A stretch of DNA of 59,535 nt from Phycisphaerae bacterium (GTDB lineage: Bacteria; Planctomycetota; Phycisphaerae; UBA1845): assembly GCA_030429365.1 (NCBI GenBank), contig JAUIEW010000003.1, positions 1 to 59,535 on the forward strand, in the 5' to 3' direction. The notes under the pieces are model-generated. The model saw only the letters and a program-made list of their open reading frames with translations. It did not search any database and was not told the DNA's origin. Below, piece after piece: positions 1-9,328 of this stretch (positions are counted from its first letter, which is position 1; every line of letters starts with the position of its first letter). The position numbers were made by a program, and so were the translations under genes.

Positions 1-49
1 GCACGCCGCTGGCGCGTAGCCGGGAATCAAGGCATAGCACTGGAGCACC

Positions 50-1630
50 ATGCCACCGATTGAACAGGACATCCGAGTTACCGGCGCACAAGAAGCCAAG
101 CGGCAACTGGATGAAGTTGCCGAGGGAATGGAGGGCGTCGGTGACGCTTCGCAGGAAACCGGGAAGCGTGCTGACGGCGCTGGCGACGGACTCGGCAAGG
201 CGACCGACAAGGGCAACGCGTTCGGTGGCGCACTGAATGGCTTGACCTCCGGGCTGAGTGCACTTTCTGCGGTCAAACACTTGATTGATCAGATCGTTGG
301 GTCACTGGAAGAGGCGCTGCGGTTGCAGGGAGAACTCCAAGACGACTCGGTCTCTCTGTCGGAACAAACGAAAGCGTTTGGTGCACAGGTCGGTCAGAAC
401 GAAGAAGACGCGATCGTTACGCTGACAGATATCCGCAAGCGCACCGGACTCGATCTCAACGCCGCGAGCGAACTAGGCATCGCCGCCGACATCGCATTCA
501 GTGACCAGGGCGGGCTGTTCGCCGGGCAGAACCTCGAAACGACGACACAGATCGGATCGTTTGCAGCGGCGAAAGACTTCGACGCGTCGGCGGTTTCATC
601 GCTGCTTGGTTTCCTGAAGGAAGCGGGCGCACTCGATTCACCGGAGGCAGCGAAAGAAGCGGTCGCGAAGATCTCGGCAGCGGCGACTCAGTCGAAAGCC
701 AAGAACGTCGGGGCGTTTGTCGACGAGCTCGCACGCGGCGGCACCGGGCTGCTGCAGCAAGGCGTGTCACTGGATGATGTCCTTGAACTCGCCGGGCAAG
801 CCCGCAATGTTGAAGTGAGCGAGGAGCTCGCGGCGCAATCGCTGACGTCGCTGCAGCAAGTCGCAGTGGCCGGCACCGACCAAAAGTTCACGCGCGAAAT
901 CGAGAAGCGCGCGAAGGAAAAGAACATTGACCCCAAGTCGTTGACTTCGGCTCAGCGGATTGAGATTGCCCGCGAACTGATCGGCGAGATCGACACACAG
1001 GAAGAGCAGGACGAGTTTCTTAAACAGGTTTCGCCCGAACGCGGCCTGCGCTTGCTCAAGGCGTTTCGCGGATCGAACGTGGAAGCAACTGCAGGCATTG
1101 GCGACGCTGTGGATACGGCGACCGCCGCCGACTTCGACGCGGTGATCGAAGACGACCAGGACTCGGTCATCCGCCGCCGCAACATCAACCAGGCAGAGAT
1201 CGACCTGATCAAAGATCAGTCTGGCAGGCTCGAAGCGACGATCACGAACGCCCGCAGACTGGCGGAAGCAAAGCTTAAAGCGGAGATTAAAAGCGGCGTG
1301 GTTGTGGGCGTCGACGACGAGCATCGCGAGGCGGAGATTGAGCGTCACCTTCCCGAAATATTTGAGCAGCAGATCGACCTACTTCGACGCGATGGCGTGG
1401 ATGTTAGTGCCGCCGAGGAAGCCCTCGAAGGCGTCGGCTACTTTGATCGCAAGACTGGATATCGCGACGCTAATCTGAATCAAGTTGCTCGCGAAATCGA
1501 AGAGGCCAGGCGGACGCGACGACTCGATCGCCAGGCGAATCGTCAGACGAACATCACCATCGTCGGCACGCAATACAACGACGTCGAAGCCGGGCGTAAC
1601 CCGGAAGAGATTGAGGATCTGAATGATTGA
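50..1630 (+). CDS. Phage tail tape-measure-like protein
   Basis: 526 aa, Ala/Gly/Glu-rich and helical; N-terminus IRVTGAQEAKRQLDEV..GVGDAS..GKRA is typical of tape measures; GGAG RBS; followed by tail-type genes. Confidence 0.75.
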   Translation: MPPIEQDIRVTGAQEAKRQLDEVAEGMEGVGDASQETGKRADGAGDGLGKATDKGNAFGGALNGLTSGLSALSAVKHLIDQIVGSLEEALRLQGELQDDSVSLSEQTKAFGAQVGQNEEDAIVTLTDIRKRTGLDLNAASELGIAADIAFSDQGGLFAGQNLETTTQIGSFAAAKDFDASAVSSLLGFLKEAGALDSPEAAKEAVAKISAAATQSKAKNVGAFVDELARGGTGLLQQGVSLDDVLELAGQARNVEVSEELAAQSLTSLQQVAVAGTDQKFTREIEKRAKEKNIDPKSLTSAQRIEIARELIGEIDTQEEQDEFLKQVSPERGLRLLKAFRGSNVEATAGIGDAVDTATAADFDAVIEDDQDSVIRRRNINQAEIDLIKDQSGRLEATITNARRLAEAKLKAEIKSGVVVGVDDEHREAEIERHLPEIFEQQIDLLRRDGVDVSAAEEALEGVGYFDRKTGYRDANLNQVAREIEEARRTRRLDRQANRQTNITIVGTQYNDVEAGRNPEEIEDLND

Positions 1631-1642
1631 GGGGAGACGGCA

Positions 1643-1717
1643 AGTGACGCAGTGACGTAGCGACGAAGTGACGGAGTTGTTTACTTCGTGACTTCGTAAC
1701 TTCGTGACTTCGTCACT
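1643..1717. repeat. Imperfect inverted repeat built of 8-nt tandem units (AGTGACGN x4 / ACTTCGTN x4), 35-bp arms, 5-nt loop
   Basis: agtgacgc agtgacgt agcgacga agtgacgg agt - tgttt - acttcgtg acttcgta acttcgtg acttcgtc act, read directly. Confidence 0.9.
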
Positions 1718-1727
1718 GAAACCAACC

Positions 1728-2147
1728 ATGGCCACTGCATCGTACACAGGATTGGACGTTGGGCTTGAGGGCGGTTCGCTCCATCCAAACGACGCCCGCA
1801 GCACGGTCAACGTCACCGAAGGTGAACAAGCGATCGCCGAGGTCGAGTTCGGGATGGCAGGCGTCGACGGCGTGTTTTCCCACGATCTCGGATCGCGCGG
1901 CAGGCTGATCACCTGGCGTGTGGGCTTGCGGGTGCGGACGCTTTCGATCCTCAACCAGATTTCAGACGCGATCGACGCACGAAAGCGCACGGGTGAGGGA
2001 ACGCTCGTGTCGACAACCGGTCGCACGTTCCGGCGGGTGACCATCAAACGCTACGAACCTGGTCAAGGGTTTCAGGTGATCCGTGCTGGCGAACTTACCG
2101 GCTGGGTGACGCGAACGGACACGATTGTTTTCAAGCAGATGACGTAG
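1728..2147 (+). CDS. Putative distal-tail (Dit-like) protein
   Basis: About 139 aa, beta-rich, directly after the tape measure; motif GVDGVFSHDLGSRGRLITW; ATG at 1728. Confidence 0.5.
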   Translation: MATASYTGLDVGLEGGSLHPNDARSTVNVTEGEQAIAEVEFGMAGVDGVFSHDLGSRGRLITWRVGLRVRTLSILNQISDAIDARKRTGEGTLVSTTGRTFRRVTIKRYEPGQGFQVIRAGELTGWVTRTDTIVFKQMT

Positions 2148-2157
2148 GCAGAGACGC

Positions 2158-4422
2158 ATGGTGCGCCCCATCACAACCAATCAGCCCGCAGCGCCGCTTG
2201 CGTTCTACGTTCAACGCGACGAAACCGATCCGCGTCTGTACTTCGATCCGCGCGTCAAGGTCACGCGCGTCGTCGACAGCGTCGAGGCGAACAGCGACGC
2301 CGACGCAGAAATCGACTGGCAGGAAACAAAGAAGCACGGCACGCTCCCCGTTCGCCATGAAATGACCGATGCGTGGATGAACCGATTCTATTCTCCGAGG
2401 CTGCGATGCGCCGTCATCGAAATCCAACCGGGCGTCAGCGACCTGCGCGACATGCCGGTGCTCCTTCACGGCTTCATCGACGGGCACGGGTTGTCTATCA
2501 ACGGCTCGCCCAACAGGGGCGGATCGTTTCGCCGGCGGTCGATGAAGATCAGGTCGATCTTCAGGCGATCCGGGCGTCGAAACGTTTCGACTATTCATGG
2601 CCGACTCATGCTCAGCCAAGAGGCGAGTGAGGCCCTCGACGCTGAAGATCCACCGTCCACCGACCCCATCGATATGGACTGGGGCGACCTCGCCGCCGGC
2701 GTCAGCGCACTACCTGCGATCTTTAACTTCCAAGGCAAACCAAACCGCCTCGCTCGCCCGGTGCTTGTTAAACACGATCACGCGCACGATCCGAACGCAC
2801 CGATCCACATCTTCACCTACGACGGCGATCCGAACGCGGAGTACTGGACGTTTCTGCAGGCACTACGCTATCTGATCATGGTGTACCTACCCTACGGACT
2901 CGACGAACAGATCGATCCCGGAGATCTCTTCACGACGCTGTCGAGCCAAGGTGCTGAAGCGTGGTGGTCGATGACGGAAGCCGAGTCGGACGCGCTGCTG
3001 TCGGGCAACGTGAATTGGGGTTGGCGCAACATGATGGTGCGCAATTGCCAGAACTTCTCGGTCGAAGGGTTGAATTTAATCGAGGCGATGGCGGCGTTTA
3101 CCCCGCAGTGCGGTTTGCACGTCGGCGAATCACACACGAACGAAACGCAGTCGGGCGAGGTCCGCGTGCTCAGCCATTTGGATTTCTGGGTGGACGATCA
3201 GAAGTCATCGGACGTGTTGCATCTTGAGCACAACGCAAGTCAGTACTTCCCGAACGGGCAACTTCGACCGGTTGCCGACGTGCTGGCGAACAGCAATGTA
3301 CAGAGCGCGAACCTGCGATGCGACTTCGGATCAACCGTCGAGATCGTATACGTGTTTGGCGACCGCTTTTGGTTTATCACCACGGCGGAATTCAAGCCGC
3401 TTTGGGAACCGGATTCTTTGTGGGACGATGTGGACTCGGAAGACGCCGATGATTATCGCGCCGACGCATACGGCGATCCATTTGTGCTCAACAAGGACGG
3501 TGAGTTCTACAAACGTTACAACCCGAACGGGTTGAGCTTCGATGAACTCGACTACCGAATCGTCGGTCGACTGTGGGGCATCGATCCGGCGGGCGAGATT
3601 GATTTCCTGAACTTCAATCGCGAAACGGGGCCATACACCGATTATGACGCGCCGTTCCTGATTCCGGACGTAACCGGACAGGTGCGACGTCGGCGGATGA
3701 TCGACCATCCGGAAGTGAAACCGCAAAGCGGCGAGCAGAAGAAAATCCGTCTCGAAATATCGCTCGACGGCGGCGACACATGGGGCCCGCTTGAGGCGGT
3801 GTTCACGGTCCACAAGCAGCTGAGCGCGATCTACTTCAAGGCACCGAACCTGCTATCGATCGGGCGAGAGGTAATCGAAGACAATGGCACCGTGGATAAT
3901 TTCTACGATGCTTACCTCAAACACGCCTTGCGCATTCGGGCGACGTTTGCGATCGAACTAGACGATCGCATTGGGGCCGAAGCCGATACGGCTGGTTCGG
4001 GCAGTGTGTCGCCTCTCGCCGGCACGGGCGTGACGAAGATGTACCTCAATCCGAAGTCGTTCAAGCGGCGCAAGGTCAACACTATTTCGGTCGATCCGTC
4101 CTACGCTGCCACCATTGAGGATGTGAACGATCAGGCCGCGATCGACCGCGTCGCCAAAGCTCGCTTGGCTCAGATTTCCGTCGCGAAATGGAAGGGCAAT
4201 CCAGTGATCCCGTGGATCGAGACCGAGCGTTACCCGTTGGGCACGCCGATTCGCGGCATTGCTCGGGTGAACGGAGGCGGGTTGCTTTCGTTTGGCGGCG
4301 ATTCGAAGCGTGGCAGTGGTTACCCACATGTCGTCGCGAAAATCTACAACGCGGCTGACCAGACGACGGAGTTGGTGCTGCGCGATCACAGCTTACGCAA
4401 AGGGCTCAAAGGACCGTACTGA
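2158..4422 (+). CDS. Large phage tail/baseplate hub-like protein
   Basis: 754 aa acidic ORF after tape measure and Dit-like gene; contains an Asp-box (SLDGGDTW); function assigned from synteny. Confidence 0.55.
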   Translation: MVRPITTNQPAAPLAFYVQRDETDPRLYFDPRVKVTRVVDSVEANSDADAEIDWQETKKHGTLPVRHEMTDAWMNRFYSPRLRCAVIEIQPGVSDLRDMPVLLHGFIDGHGLSINGSPNRGGSFRRRSMKIRSIFRRSGRRNVSTIHGRLMLSQEASEALDAEDPPSTDPIDMDWGDLAAGVSALPAIFNFQGKPNRLARPVLVKHDHAHDPNAPIHIFTYDGDPNAEYWTFLQALRYLIMVYLPYGLDEQIDPGDLFTTLSSQGAEAWWSMTEAESDALLSGNVNWGWRNMMVRNCQNFSVEGLNLIEAMAAFTPQCGLHVGESHTNETQSGEVRVLSHLDFWVDDQKSSDVLHLEHNASQYFPNGQLRPVADVLANSNVQSANLRCDFGSTVEIVYVFGDRFWFITTAEFKPLWEPDSLWDDVDSEDADDYRADAYGDPFVLNKDGEFYKRYNPNGLSFDELDYRIVGRLWGIDPAGEIDFLNFNRETGPYTDYDAPFLIPDVTGQVRRRRMIDHPEVKPQSGEQKKIRLEISLDGGDTWGPLEAVFTVHKQLSAIYFKAPNLLSIGREVIEDNGTVDNFYDAYLKHALRIRATFAIELDDRIGAEADTAGSGSVSPLAGTGVTKMYLNPKSFKRRKVNTISVDPSYAATIEDVNDQAAIDRVAKARLAQISVAKWKGNPVIPWIETERYPLGTPIRGIARVNGGGLLSFGGDSKRGSGYPHVVAKIYNAADQTTELVLRDHSLRKGLKGPY

Positions 4423-4766
4423 TGCAAGGGATGACCATCACACTGCCAGCCGGGGAAGCGTACGAATCGGGCGACACCGCGCGTGTCGAACTCGATGGCG
4501 TCGTCTTCGATCCGGCGGTGGACCTGGCACCGGACGGTGAGGCGTTCGACGAGGACATCATCCTGACTACGCCACCGCTTGCGCATGGCTTGCACACCGT
4601 GGACGTGACCACGATCGACGCAGTGGGCAACGAGACGGCGACGGCCAGCGTCGATCGATTCATCGACACCGGTCCGACCGAAGTCCGCGACATGGCGTTC
4701 GCGCAAGAAGAGCCCGACGGCAACTGGACGTTTGACATCACGCCGCCCTTTGAGTGGGAGCAGTAA
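4422..4766 (+). CDS. Small Ig-like phage tail protein
   Basis: 114 aa; GLHTVDVTTIDAVGNE resembles the bacterial Ig-like DxAGN strand; TGATG coupling. Confidence 0.5.
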   Translation: MQGMTITLPAGEAYESGDTARVELDGVVFDPAVDLAPDGEAFDEDIILTTPPLAHGLHTVDVTTIDAVGNETATASVDRFIDTGPTEVRDMAFAQEEPDGNWTFDITPPFEWEQ

Positions 4767-5837
4767 ATGGACAAGTACGTCACGACAACCGGCGTCGAAC
4801 CGTGGGCGACGAACTCGATCGGCAGTCCGAGCTCGCTGGCTGAGGCAGAAGCAAACGCGGCTGCGGGCGACGTCGTGCACATCAAGGCGGGCACGTACGT
4901 CCTCGCCTCAGCGTTTAGTCCAGCCAACGCGGGCAACCGCGACGCTCCGATCGTTTGGCGTGGTTACAACGCCGCCCCGAACGACAGCGTGGTGCCCGTG
5001 GTGACGTTCGACATCGACGGCGTCACCGACCAGGTCGTCAACAACGCACTGGCATACCATCGGTTCGAGTACATCACTGCCACCGGCAACGGCGGTGTCG
5101 GTGGAGCAAACTTCGGGTTTTCGATCAGCGGCGAATCGAACGTGCTGTATGCATGCCGTGCCAACTTGGTTGAGCGCGGCATGAACATCACCGGCCAGGG
5201 CACGGTGATCATCGGTTGCGAGATCGACAACTGGACGTCCGGTGCGGGCGTGCAGATTGACGCCGACAACGCGGCGGCGTTTGGATGCTTTGCCCATGAC
5301 GGCGGCGGGTTCGGATTCGGCATGAAGGGCGCATCGTCGGGCGGTTGTTTTAACTGCATCAGCGCCCGCAACGCGACGCACGGATTCGTGGCGGCGCAAT
5401 CGGGCGAAGAGCTCGCCCGCGTGTTGGTCGGCTGCCTGGCGTACGGCAACACCGAACAGGGACTGGCGATCAACGGTACCCCGGAAGGTCAGCCCTTTGT
5501 GATCCAGAACAGCTTGTTTGTCGCAAACACGCTGTACGGCATCGGCGGGAATGTTGCGACAGGCACGCCCAACGTGACGCTGCTGGGTTGCGGATTCTAT
5601 GGCAACGGTTCGGGCGAAGTAGATGCGAACGTCTATGTGTTTGAGCCAGGCGGCCGATTGTCACTTCCCGCCAATCCTCTCGTTGATGCGGCGATGGATG
5701 ATTTTCGCATTCGATCACAGGCGGGCGTGACGCAGATCGCCTGGCCGAAAAACTTCCTCGTCGATGGTGCACGATCGCCCTGGCAAAACTTCGCGGACAT
5801 CGGTCCGGTTCAGAAACGTGAATGGACCAAAACATAA
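4767..5837 (+). CDS. Right-handed parallel beta-helix (pectin-lyase-like) tail/spike protein
   Basis: 356 aa; AAAGDVVHIKAGTY start motif, repeated Gly/Asn/Cys rungs (NCISARN, GCLAYGN, GCGFYGN), DFRI...DIGPVQ C-terminal cap. Confidence 0.7.
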   Translation: MDKYVTTTGVEPWATNSIGSPSSLAEAEANAAAGDVVHIKAGTYVLASAFSPANAGNRDAPIVWRGYNAAPNDSVVPVVTFDIDGVTDQVVNNALAYHRFEYITATGNGGVGGANFGFSISGESNVLYACRANLVERGMNITGQGTVIIGCEIDNWTSGAGVQIDADNAAAFGCFAHDGGGFGFGMKGASSGGCFNCISARNATHGFVAAQSGEELARVLVGCLAYGNTEQGLAINGTPEGQPFVIQNSLFVANTLYGIGGNVATGTPNVTLLGCGFYGNGSGEVDANVYVFEPGGRLSLPANPLVDAAMDDFRIRSQAGVTQIAWPKNFLVDGARSPWQNFADIGPVQKREWTKT

Positions 5838-5850
5838 TTAGGAACTTGGT

Positions 5851-6318
5851 ATGAACCTCGGTCAAATCGAAAAGAACCAAGCCATCACGATCGCGGTTGT
5901 GTTGCGCTCGACAGCGGATGGAAGCATCCTCACCAATCCGACGATCGCTGCAGGCGACTTCAAGATATCCGTCGGCGGCGCTGCCCTGGCGAACCTGACC
6001 AACCTGCCGTCGGTCAATCCGGCGGCGAGTGGATCTGTCGAGCTCGTACTCACGGCGGCGGAGACCAACGCGGACCGGGTCGTGATCATCTGGAAAGATC
6101 AAACGCTCCCTGCTGAATGGGAAGATGGCACGCTGTCGATCTCGCCATCGGAACCGATCACCGACCTGGCGTTGATTCGCAAGGCGATGCTCAACAAACG
6201 CGAGATCGACGCAAATACCAACACCGAGATCATCTACGACGATGATGGCATGACGCCTTTGGTCACGATTACGCATTCTGAGGATACGGCGGGAATCATT
6301 ACGCAGAGCGTGGCATGA
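5851..6318 (+). CDS. Phage structural protein, hypothetical
   Basis: 155 aa; PTIAAGDFKISVGGAALANLTNLPSV..LVLTAAETNAD beta-sandwich type seen in phage tail regions. Confidence 0.55.
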   Translation: MNLGQIEKNQAITIAVVLRSTADGSILTNPTIAAGDFKISVGGAALANLTNLPSVNPAASGSVELVLTAAETNADRVVIIWKDQTLPAEWEDGTLSISPSEPITDLALIRKAMLNKREIDANTNTEIIYDDDGMTPLVTITHSEDTAGIITQSVA

Positions 6319-7055
6319 GTTGTGACCTGGTCAACAATTGGTTCGCGGTTCGCTTCCGGGCTGCCAAGCGGCCTGACTTCGGGCTGATGACGCACTGCAT
6401 GCCGCGCGATCGACGCATGCGTTGGCGATTCATTGACGGCGGTTACGCGCTGCATCGTGGCAGTGCGTACGCGGTGACTGCGGACGACATCGTCGTAGGC
6501 ACGGCGATACGCGGGCAGACGCAGGTGACCGAATCGTTCAACGATCGCGGCTTGGCGTTTCAGATCCAGCGAACGTTTGGCGTCGAAGCGCTCGGACCTT
6601 TGGGCGTGCCCGCCGATGGTTCGATCGTGCAATCGCAAATGGACGTCGATGCCGCGACGGAGATCTTCCCGAAGCCGCCCCCGCCGATCAGTTTTGCGGT
6701 GAGACCCGAAGCAGGCGGCACGATCATCGTCACCGTGAACGTCAACAACACGCAGATCGAAACGCCTGCAGCCGAGGTCAGCATTTACACCGATGGCGGT
6801 ACCGGCGGCGGCATCAACTTCGGTGCGCCGCTTGGCGATCGCGAAGTGGTTGGACCTGGCTACAGCCAGCTTGAGATCGACCGCGATCCGGGACTCGCGC
6901 ACGGAACGACACTCAGTGTCACCGTGCTGACGCGATCGGCGAATGACGTCGAGTCTGACCAGGCGGCGGACGCTTCGACACCGAAGGACGTCGTGATTGA
7001 TTCGCAGGGACCGCCGGCACTGGCTGGCTTTACGGTGGAGCCTGTCTGCTCATGA
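6315..7055 (+). CDS. Phage tail protein with FN3/Ig-like C-terminal domain
   Basis: 246 aa; ATGA overlaps at both ends; PPPPISFAV..VSIYTDGGTG..VTVLTRSANDVES resembles FN3. Confidence 0.5.
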   Translation: MSCDLVNNWFAVRFRAAKRPDFGLMTHCMPRDRRMRWRFIDGGYALHRGSAYAVTADDIVVGTAIRGQTQVTESFNDRGLAFQIQRTFGVEALGPLGVPADGSIVQSQMDVDAATEIFPKPPPPISFAVRPEAGGTIIVTVNVNNTQIETPAAEVSIYTDGGTGGGINFGAPLGDREVVGPGYSQLEIDRDPGLAHGTTLSVTVLTRSANDVESDQAADASTPKDVVIDSQGPPALAGFTVEPVCS

Positions 7056-7600
7056 GATCAATCACTGACCGTGCAAGACGAAACGTGGCGATCGCCGAGG
7101 ATGAATTGCTTGGCGATGAAACGATCGGTTACGTGCGCGACGACGGTGAGGGAGACGGTGCGTCGGGGTTCGTGGGACAGATCGTAACTGCCGGGCCTGA
7201 AGAGGAGGCGGATTACAACGACGCGCGTTATTGGGTTCGAGAAGTCGATGATACCTCGTCTGCCGAAACCGATGCGTTGGTCCTTGCACCGCTGGCGGAC
7301 GGTCGCTGGTTGACGGCAACCAACCGTCTTGAGCTCGGAATTGGTTCAGGTGGTGCGGGTACGCACGCAATCGTCAAAGCGGTGACAGGCATCAGCGTGC
7401 CCGATCGGTTTGTGTGGGTGCATCGACAATCTTTCAAGACGTCTGGCGTTCGATGGGTGTTTGAAAGCTATCCCGGCCAGTTGCAGGAGGATTGGTTCGC
7501 GTTCCTCGTGTCGTGTCGCAATGGCGTATGCCCGCAAGGCGGGTGGTACCACATGGATGGTCCTGGGTTCATATCGCAGTCGGAGCCGCCCGCATGCTGA
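7052..7600 (+). CDS. Hypothetical phage tail protein
   Basis: 182 aa, coupled to both neighbours; Cys-containing C-terminus. Confidence 0.55.
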   Translation: MRSITDRARRNVAIAEDELLGDETIGYVRDDGEGDGASGFVGQIVTAGPEEEADYNDARYWVREVDDTSSAETDALVLAPLADGRWLTATNRLELGIGSGGAGTHAIVKAVTGISVPDRFVWVHRQSFKTSGVRWVFESYPGQLQEDWFAFLVSCRNGVCPQGGWYHMDGPGFISQSEPPAC

Positions 7601-8640
7601 TAAACGCAGCGCCATCATTGCTGAACGACGACTGCGATTGCCCGTGCAGTTGCTGCGAGCTCGTATCCGAATCGGTGACGCTCTACGACGTCGATTCAAG
7701 CACGTTCTATTCGTCTGCTGGTGAGGGCATTTGGAGATTCGGAACTGCTGATTCGCGACGCGGCGATCTGTACACGACGTGGGGCAACCTGCCGACGTCG
7801 CCGAAACTCTGCTGGGTTGGTGGAGCGAACGCAAAGCTCTCGATCTGGATCAATCCACCCGCTCGCGAAAAGGCGGGCAAGTACTTCTTCTTCAAACGGA
7901 TGCGGATCACTTGGGGCTGCGACGGCGAGTTTACAAGCGGATGGATACCGTCGCGCGTCTACACGATCACGTTGCCGATTTGCTCGGCACCTGAAGTCTG
8001 CACGATCGCGTTGGAGGCTGAATACGAATCGCGCACTGGCGGCGGGCTTTCGTGCATTGCGTGCGGGTATGACGCGGCGAGTCCGCTCTGGTCGGAATTC
8101 CCGCTGGTCGGTGTGGTGACGCCGTCGTACGGCACTGAGTACACGAATGCGACCAATTGTGTTGGCGAGGGGAACGCGTGCTTCTCGACGGTTCGCGCGG
8201 GCGTAGAATCTGCTCTGCCGTTGGCGGTGCCGCTCGCTCGAACCGATGTCTGCAACTTCGCCGGTGTCGCGTCTGTGACCGGCGTGTCTGGAAGCAGTCC
8301 GGAGTGCGTGGGTTCGCCTTTGCCGACGGGATTCGGTGACACGACCGCAGGCATCGACATCGTTGTCACCTGGGCGGGCAACGTCCCCACGATCGTATCG
8401 TACGAGGTATTGGGAACCGTGGTGATTCACTCAGTCGGTGCAGGTGCGAGCGTTCGCGCCGTGGGCACCGGTGTCCCAACAGAGACGATCAGTCTTGAGC
8501 TCCCGCCTCAGCTGAGTGGCGCTCAGTGGTGTGCGACATTGTTGAATTTCGCCTCGGGCAAGACTGGCATTTCGCCTGCGCCTTCGCCCAGCGATGAAAC
8601 GAACGACTGTGTTGGTTCAACAACGACGGTGATCTATTGA
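7594..8640 (+). CDS. Cys-rich putative tail fibre/receptor-binding protein
   Basis: ATG at 7594 after GGAG, overlapping the upstream stop; about 348 aa starting DDCDCPCSCC; about 17 Cys. Confidence 0.55.
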   Translation: MLINAAPSLLNDDCDCPCSCCELVSESVTLYDVDSSTFYSSAGEGIWRFGTADSRRGDLYTTWGNLPTSPKLCWVGGANAKLSIWINPPAREKAGKYFFFKRMRITWGCDGEFTSGWIPSRVYTITLPICSAPEVCTIALEAEYESRTGGGLSCIACGYDAASPLWSEFPLVGVVTPSYGTEYTNATNCVGEGNACFSTVRAGVESALPLAVPLARTDVCNFAGVASVTGVSGSSPECVGSPLPTGFGDTTAGIDIVVTWAGNVPTIVSYEVLGTVVIHSVGAGASVRAVGTGVPTETISLELPPQLSGAQWCATLLNFASGKTGISPAPSPSDETNDCVGSTTTVIY

Positions 8641-9101
8641 CACAGATTGAGATCAAACAGTTCCCAGGCGATCGCGGCCCGATGTACACGGCGACTGGCC
8701 GTTACGTGCGTCCGCAGGGATCGCATCGTTGGCAGCGTGTCCGATCGATGATCGCCAAGGCGTGGTCATTCGTCCGTACGGTGACACGTGGCCGCGTCAG
8801 CCGCGAAGTGCAGCTGAGACGGCTGTATGCGTGCATGGGTTGCGATCGCTCGACATCGCACAAGGACGGGCATTTGTATTGCGACGCTTGCGGGTGTGGC
8901 CACTGGTCGATGGCTCGACTTCAAGGACGCGGCGGGAAGCTGCGGTGGAAGGGAGCGACGTGCCCGCACCCGAGAGGCTCAAAGTGGGTGGACTTAAGAG
9001 AGGTTCGCCGAGCCAACGACGGGGATTCGACGGGCGTTCGGACGCCGGTCGAACAGGTGACAAATCGCGGCGATCGGACCGGGCTGGGGCAAGGTCGGTA
9101 A
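8637..9101 (+). CDS. Small basic Cys-rich (zinc-finger-like) phage protein
   Basis: RRLYACMGC..YCDACGC..KLRW..TCP....KW pattern; TTGA overlap with upstream gene. Confidence 0.6.
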   Translation: MTQIEIKQFPGDRGPMYTATGRYVRPQGSHRWQRVRSMIAKAWSFVRTVTRGRVSREVQLRRLYACMGCDRSTSHKDGHLYCDACGCGHWSMARLQGRGGKLRWKGATCPHPRGSKWVDLREVRRANDGDSTGVRTPVEQVTNRGDRTGLGQGR

Positions 9102-9328
9102 GCCGCTGAAGTATGGCCGCAATGCGGTCACCAACTCGATTGAGGCCCAAAACCTCCGTAACGACCCCTCAGGGCGTTGCGGATTTTGTACGCGCATTGG
9201 GTTTCTGCAGTTTCTTTGCACTTTTTGCAATTTCATCTCGCAGCTATCAATGCCAGTCCCCCTCTGCCCCCGTTTTTGGGGCGATAATTGTGTTTTCGGG
9301 GCTTGCTTTTTTGCCGAAAGGATGTATT

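Larger units (their letters stand above)
50..9249 (+). mobile_element. Right-hand part of a prophage or phage-tail-like element (tail morphogenesis module); left part lies outside the window
   Basis: Ten co-oriented, mostly abutting or overlapping ORFs (TGATG, TAAATG, ATGA junctions) beginning with a tape-measure-like protein; host feoAB follows. Right boundary is approximate. Confidence 0.8.

Noticed and set aside
1643-1717. CRISPR array or DGR template repeat
   Set aside because: Units are 8 nt with no spacers; no cas or reverse transcriptase gene, and no adenine-variant repeat pair was seen in the tail genes
7492-7593. Longer N-terminus of the Cys-rich ORF given in the ORF track
   Set aside because: Overlaps the upstream gene by more than 100 bp; ATG 7594 has a GGAG RBS and stop-start coupling
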